Shown: positions 62,801-64,000 of the stretch, piece by piece | Layout of the letters: every line of letters starts with the position of its first letter | How positions within the stretch are numbered: position 1 is the stretch's first letter | Assembly (NCBI GenBank): GCA_017499595.2 | Contig: CM039003.1 | Location: forward strand, 62,001-126,000 | Length of the DNA stretch: 64,000 nucleotides | Reading direction: 5' to 3' | From: Psilocybe cubensis | Taxonomy: Eukaryota | The notes under the pieces: generated by a model | The model's database searches: none | Told to the model about the DNA's origin: nothing | Seen by the model: the letters and a program-made list of their open reading frames with translations, nothing else | Position numbers and translations under genes: made by a program

Positions 62801-64000
62801 TTATTTCTTGGCTCTAGCTTTTCTTCTTTTTTTTGCAGTCAAGCCTAAGTTATTTGCTTCCTGGAGTGCTAAGTCGTCAGAAGTTTGCTTGCGTCGGGAG
62901 GCTCTTGCCGCCGGTGGTGGAACGGGGTCATTTGCCTCCGAACTGCCAATTAATTTTTGATTTTTCTTCCTAGGCCGAGGTTGAACTTTGCGTATAGCTT
63001 TGCTAGTACCTGGCTGTTGAAGTTCAGGAGTAGGTCTTAAGGAAGAGTTTACTACTGTGGGGCTTCCATTAGTTGGGATTGTGAGTTCTTGACTATCATC
63101 CCGACGTTGTTCGGCACGAGTAACATCCCGAGGAGGATCAGCTTGAGTGTCTTCCCGATGTTCATCGGCTCGTGCTGCATCCCGAGGATTATTGGCTTGT
63201 GTGTTATCCCGTGGCTGTTCGGCCCGAATGTCATTCCGAGTGTTATCGGCCTGAGTATCATCCCGTGCACGACTTGCAGTTCCAACACCAGGGCTGTCAA
63301 CACTGATAGAATCTTGTTGAGGGTGTCCATCATGAGTATCAGAGGGATTAGATTGCTCTGAAAAACTCAAAGATGTTTGACAAGGTCTCCTACGAACTCT
63401 CCTTGAGGTAGTCAAGCGCCTTGGTGCTGGGGTTATAGGCACTGTTTGGAGACCTTCAAACAAGTTTGAAGCGTAACATGGTTCCAACAGTTCTTCATTA
63501 TCACGTGCCAATACTCTTTCAAACTTGAAAGGAATCAGTCCACGAGACTGACGCTGTCTCCAATGTCTCAGAAGAGCAGCAGTGTCATCAACGCGGAGTC
63601 TGCTCGGATCCGTGAACGGAATGGAACTTGGCCAATATTCGGGATCAATCATCTCTCCAAAATGTTTCTCCACGGAGTCCCATGGGATTCGAGATCCACT
63701 CCTATCTTTTGCCAAGGCTATAACATTTCAGCCATATGTTGAATTAATTCAATACATTACTCACCATACACTCGGTTCATATAGATTCTAATGATTGTTT
63801 TTTGTATTGCATTAGTCTCCCTCCCCTTTGAGTTGTATATAGGTGACGGAACCAATGGAAATCCATTGCTATTGAACTTCAAATCCTTTTCAAGAAAAGT
63901 GCCTGCAGGGACGGCGGGAGTTGATACTCCGTTTTCAATCTCTGAAACCTTGACAAGATATTTCACAAACGCCCTTCTGAACGACTTTAATTCATCTGGA
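62801..64000 (-). CDS. 3' part of a hypothetical protein; 5' end beyond window
   Basis: Intron near 63717-63764; IPWDSVEKH...IDPEYWP...DPSRL...LLRHWRQRQ...FKF domain; 13-aa repeats; basic tail. Confidence 0.7.

Overview
Intron-rich fungal DNA. The ~50-60 nt GT-AG introns and the gene families suggest an agaricomycete; this is an inference. The window is dominated by a 23-kb transposon nest (10604-33782) whose junctions all resolve at base level. (1) An outer Ty3/Gypsy chromovirus has 186-bp LTRs and an ACAAC TSD. Its gag-protease ORF is joined in frame to RT-RH-IN-chromo through a single TGA-CTA stop, it has no tRNA-type PBS, and it carries an extra ~750-aa ORF after pol. (2) A second Gypsy sits in opposite orientation inside its pol, with 601-bp LTRs, an ACGT TSD, a single 1806-aa ORF and an extra antisense ORF. 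(3) A 5.1-kb TSD-less element with Helitron2/Helentron-like termini interrupts the integrase. It carries two convergent intron-containing genes (OB-fold-like; F-box-like plus nucleotidyltransferase-like) and a palindrome array. (4) A 1.56-kb element with the same termini is inserted in one of those cargo genes. The flanks hold the 3' part of a large Cys-rich GH18-subgroup-C/killer-toxin-like gene, a divergent forkhead gene, a small secreted Cys protein, a multipass membrane protein, two non-autonomous TIR elements and several decayed genes. The right end has a cluster of low-complexity genes resembling large-DNA-transposon cargo. All family assignments come from motif recognition, not database searches.
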